Below, piece by piece: positions 60,909 through 64,000 of a stretch of 64,000 bases of DNA. A program made the translations under genes and the position numbers. The stretch's first letter is position 1, and the number at the start of each line of letters is the position of its first letter. Below the pieces are notes generated by a model, which saw only the letters and a program-made list of their open reading frames with translations, was not told the origin of the DNA and did not search any database. Source of the stretch: Myxococcota bacterium (GTDB lineage: Bacteria; Myxococcota_A; UBA9160; PR03); the NCBI GenBank assembly GCA_041611735.1, contig JBFIML010000009.1, forward strand, positions 1-64,000. Reading direction: 5' to 3'.

Positions 60909-61245
60909 GACCCGCGCCCGCGCGCCCCAGGCAGGCCCGCACACGCCGATCCTGGAGAGCCCGGCGGAAGCGCCTCGTCCTGGCGTGCGACTGCTCAACG
61001 TGGGCTATGGCAATCTGATCGTGGCCACGCGGGTCATCGCCGTCGTCTCGCCCCAGTCTTCCCCCATGCGTCGCCTGCGCCGGGAGGCCAGCGAGCGGGG
61101 CAAGCTCATCGACGCCACCGAGGGGCGGCGCACCCGCTCCATCCTGGTGACGGACAGCGACCACGTGGTGCTCTCCGCCATCAACCCGGAGACGATTGCC
61201 GCCCGCCTCGCGCCGGAGGATCCCGGTCGGACGGAAGGCGCATGA
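60901..61245 (+). CDS. DUF370 / RemA family protein
   Basis: LLNVGYGN...[14 protein letters not shown]...[31 protein letters not shown]; start TTG 60901 or GTG 60985. Confidence 0.9.
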   Translation: MSETRARAPQAGPHTPILESPAEAPRPGVRLLNVGYGNLIVATRVIAVVSPQSSPMRRLRREASERGKLIDATEGRRTRSILVTDSDHVVLSAINPETIAARLAPEDPGRTEGA

Positions 61246-61898
61246 GCGGAACCCCGCGGCGCGGGCATCCCTTCGTGGTGTCGGCTCCTTCGGGCACGGG
61301 CAAGACCACCGTGTGCCGGGCCGTAGTGGAGCGCGAGCCGGGGATCGTGTTTTCCGTCTCGCACACCACGCGTCCGCGCCGGCCCGGCGAGCGGGACGGC
61401 GTCGACTATCACTTCGTCACGGAGCGGGAGTTCCGGCGCCTGGCCGAGAAGGGGGGCTTCCTCGAGTACGCCGAGTACAGCGGCCGCCTGTACGGAACGT
61501 CCTGGGCCAGCCTGGAGCAGGCTCGCGATCGGGGCCTCGATGTCCTGCTGGAGATCGAGATCCAGGGGGCCCGCCAGGTGCGGGAGCGGCTGGCCGAGGC
61601 GACCCTCGTCTTCCTGCTGCCGCCGATGCTCGCGACCCTCGAGGAGCGGCTGCGTGCCCGCGGGACGGATGCGCCCGAGGCCATCGAGCGGCGCCTGGCC
61701 CTGGCCCGGCAGGAGCTGCGGGCGGCACGCTGGTTCGATTACTGGGTCGTGAACGACCGGCTGGAGGCGGCCGTGCAGGCGGTGCTGGACATCGTGGGTG
61801 CGGTGCGGAGCGGGGATGCGGCGGCGCTGGCCCGCTTCGGGCGCGAGCGCATGCAGGGTCGCCTGGATCCGGCCCTGGCGGAGCGCATCCGGGACTGA
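61242..61898 (+). CDS. gmk: Guanylate kinase
   Basis: [44 protein letters not shown]. Confidence 0.97.
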   Translation: MSGTPRRGHPFVVSAPSGTGKTTVCRAVVEREPGIVFSVSHTTRPRRPGERDGVDYHFVTEREFRRLAEKGGFLEYAEYSGRLYGTSWASLEQARDRGLDVLLEIEIQGARQVRERLAEATLVFLLPPMLATLEERLRARGTDAPEAIERRLALARQELRAARWFDYWVVNDRLEAAVQAVLDIVGAVRSGDAAALARFGRERMQGRLDPALAERIRD

Positions 61899-61928
61899 TT
61901 GCCACACGCGCCGGCCGTTCGGTACTCT
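61899..61928 (+). promoter_or_regulatory. Putative sigma70-type promoter for rel
   Basis: TTGCCA-18 nt-TACTCT immediately after the gmk stop. Confidence 0.5.
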
Positions 61929-61964
61929 TGCGCGGATACCACCCGCGAGAACGTCGCGCCACCC

Positions 61965-64000
61965 ATGCTCCGCTTCAACGACATCGCCGATCGGATCCTG
62001 GAGAACCATCCGGAGGCCGACCTCGGCCTCCTGCAGCGGGCCTACGTGTTCTGCGCCAAGGTGCACGAAGGCCAGGAGCGCCTCTCGGGCGAGCCGTACC
62101 TGATCCACCCGCTCGAGGTGGGCGGCATCCTGGCCGAGATGCGGCTCGACGAGGTGACGGTCGCCGCCGGCCTGCTCCACGACACCCTCGAGGACACGCT
62201 GGCGGAGCCGGAGAAGCTGAGAGAGCTGTTTGGCGAGGAGGTGGCCTTCCTGGTGGAAGGCCTCACCAAGATCGCCAAGATCGAGTTCAGCTCAGCACGC
62301 GTCCGGCAGGCCGAGAACTTCCGCAAGATGCTGCTGGCCATGTCGAAGGACATCCGCATCCTGCTGATCAAGCTGGCAGACCGGCTCCACAACATGCGCA
62401 CGCTCCAGTACATGTCCGAGGACTCCCGGCGCCGCATCGCCCAGGAGACCCAGGACATCTACGCACCCCTGGCGCACCGGCTCGGAATCGACTGGATGCG
62501 GCGGGAGCTCCAGGACCTGGCCTTCCGCACCCTGAAGCCCCAGGTGGCCGCGGACCTGGAGAAGCATCTGCGCGGACAGCGGCGGGCGCGCGAGCGCTAC
62601 GTGGAGGAGGTGATCGGGATCCTCTCCGCGAAGCTCGCCGAGACCAACCTGCGGGCGGAGGTCACCGGGCGCCTGAAGGACCTGGCCTCGATCCACGCCA
62701 AGATGGAGAACCAGGGCCTCACGCTCGACCAGATCTACGACGTGATCGCGTTCCGGATCGTGCTGGAGGACTCGGAGGCGGCGGTCTACGCCGCGCTCGG
62801 GATCGTGCACTCCACCTGGCGGCCGGTGCCCGGGCGCTTCAAGGACTACGTCGCGCTGCCCAAGCCAAACGGCTACCAGAGCCTCCACACCACCGTGATC
62901 GGGCCCTACGGCGAGCGCATGGAGATGCAGATCCGCACGCGCGAAATGCACCGGAACGCCGAGTTCGGCATCGCGTCCCACTGGAAGTACAAGGAGGGCG
63001 CCGGGAGTCGCGAGGAGGACGAGCACAAGTTCGCCTGGCTCCGCCAGCTCCTCGAGTGGCAGCGCGACCTGTCGGACCCCCACGAGTTCCTGGATACCGT
63101 GAAGGTCGACCTCTTCCCGGACGAAGTGTTCGTCTTCACGCCCCGGGGAGACGTGATCAACCTCCCCAAGGACGCGACCCCGGTGGACTTCGCGTACGCC
63201 ATCCACACCCAGGTGGGCGAGCACTGCGCGGGAGCGCGCGTGAACGGCAAGCTCATCTCCCTGCGCCATCGGCTGCACGACGGCGACACGGTCGAGATCC
63301 TCACCAACCCGGCCCAGTCCCCGCGCAAGGACTGGCTCGAGTTCGTGGTCTCGGGCAAGGCGCGCAGTCGCATCCGCCACGCGATCCGTGCGGCGGAGCG
63401 GGCACGCAGCTACGAGCTGGGCCGCGAGATCCTGGATCGGGAGCTGCGGCGGGCGGGCCTGTCGCTGCCCCGCTTGCTGGAGGCGGGCCGGCTCGAGGAG
63501 GTGACCCGGCGCGAGCGCTTGCGCTCCGTGGACGAGCTGTTCTCGGCAGTCGGCTACGGCCGCCTCCCGGCGGCCTCGGTGGTCGCCGCGCTGCGGCCCG
63601 AAGGGGAGGCGGCGCCCGCGCCCCCGCCCCCGCCGCGGCGAGGGCTCTTCCGCCGCGCACCGGACCGCAGCGGCATTCGCGTGGGCGGCAGCGCGGACGT
63701 GCTGGTGCGCTTCGGTGGCTGCTGCAACCCGCTGCCGGGGGAGGAGGTGGTCGGGTTCGTGACCCGCGGCCGGGGCGTCACGGTGCACGTGAAGGAATGC
63801 AGCAAAGCCTTTGCCATGGATCCGGAGCGGCGCATCGACGTGCAGTGGGAGTCGTCGACACCCGAGCCGCGCCGCATCCGCATCCGGGTGCTCTCGGTGG
63901 ACGAGCCGGGGCTGCTGGCCAAGATCACCAAGTCGATCTCCACGGCGGGCATCAACATCGGCGGGGCGCGCGTCAGCACGAACGCCGACCGCCAGGCAGT
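61965..64000 (+). CDS. rel: Bifunctional (p)ppGpp synthetase/hydrolase, long RSH (3'-truncated by window; absent from the ORF track)
   Basis: Translated by hand: MLRFNDIADRILENH...SGEPYLIHP, LLHDTLED (HD intact), KLADRLHNMRTL, GRFKDY...GYQSLHT, EMQIRT, TGS (FTPRG, DFAYAIH), CCNPLPG, start of ACT domain. Confidence 0.96.
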   Translation, partial: MLRFNDIADRILENHPEADLGLLQRAYVFCAKVHEGQERLSGEPYLIHPLEVGGILAEMRLDEVTVAAGLLHDTLEDTLAEPEKLRELFGEEVAFLVEGLTKIAKIEFSSARVRQAENFRKMLLAMSKDIRILLIKLADRLHNMRTLQYMSEDSRRRIAQETQDIYAPLAHRLGIDWMRRELQDLAFRTLKPQVAADLEKHLRGQRRARERYVEEVIGILSAKLAETNLRAEVTGRLKDLASIHAKMENQGLTLDQIYDVIAFRIVLEDSEAAVYAALGIVHSTWRPVPGRFKDYVALPKPNGYQSLHTTVIGPYGERMEMQIRTREMHRNAEFGIASHWKYKEGAGSREEDEHKFAWLRQLLEWQRDLSDPHEFLDTVKVDLFPDEVFVFTPRGDVINLPKDATPVDFAYAIHTQVGEHCAGARVNGKLISLRHRLHDGDTVEILTNPAQSPRKDWLEFVVSGKARSRIRHAIRAAERARSYELGREILDRELRRAGLSLPRLLEAGRLEEVTRRERLRSVDELFSAVGYGRLPAASVVAALRPEGEAAPAPPPPPRRGLFRRAPDRSGIRVGGSADVLVRFGGCCNPLPGEEVVGFVTRGRGVTVHVKECSKAFAMDPERRIDVQWESSTPEPRRIRIRVLSVDEPGLLAKITKSISTAGINIGGARVSTNADRQA

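Overview
Very GC-rich bacterial chromosomal segment. Gene content and order resemble Myxococcota/deltaproteobacteria (inference). It is mostly core genome. In order: a 5'-truncated sulfatase-TPR gene, a SAM methyltransferase, tRNA-Gln(CTG) and gltX; a yceD-rpmF-fabD-acpP-fabF-(rpiB::glyA fusion)-nrdR-ribD-ribH-nusB run; an 11-gene chemosensory cluster (DUF4388 protein, CheY, CheA, 2x CheW, MCP, Zn-ribbon pseudo-receiver, HEAT protein, CheR, CheB, CheY); lptE-holA, rpsT and a TPR/Cys-motif membrane protein paired with a DUF4388 protein; phoH-ybeY-lnt-prfB(+1 frameshift)-lysS-lolC/E-lolD; bamA-skp-lpxA-lpxI-gnnA-like-lpxB-waaA-lpxK; an LPS core locus (3 LPS kinases, 2 GT9, 2 GT4, a GT-C, a heptose kinase); and yicC-DUF370-gmk-rel (3'-truncated). 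I see no CRISPR array, IS element, integrase, prophage or defence genes. The best candidates for undescribed biology are the accessory-rich chemosensory system with an atypical MCP and the TPR/DUF4388 membrane pair. Other notable points: at least three genes apparently need non-canonical (CTG) starts, a 3x16-bp tandem repeat lies between two divergent LPS kinases that look like halves of a double-kinase, a perfect 17-bp inverted repeat gives two convergent genes identical C-termini, and several conserved operons lack their usual members. All calls come from motif recognition by eye; no searches were run.
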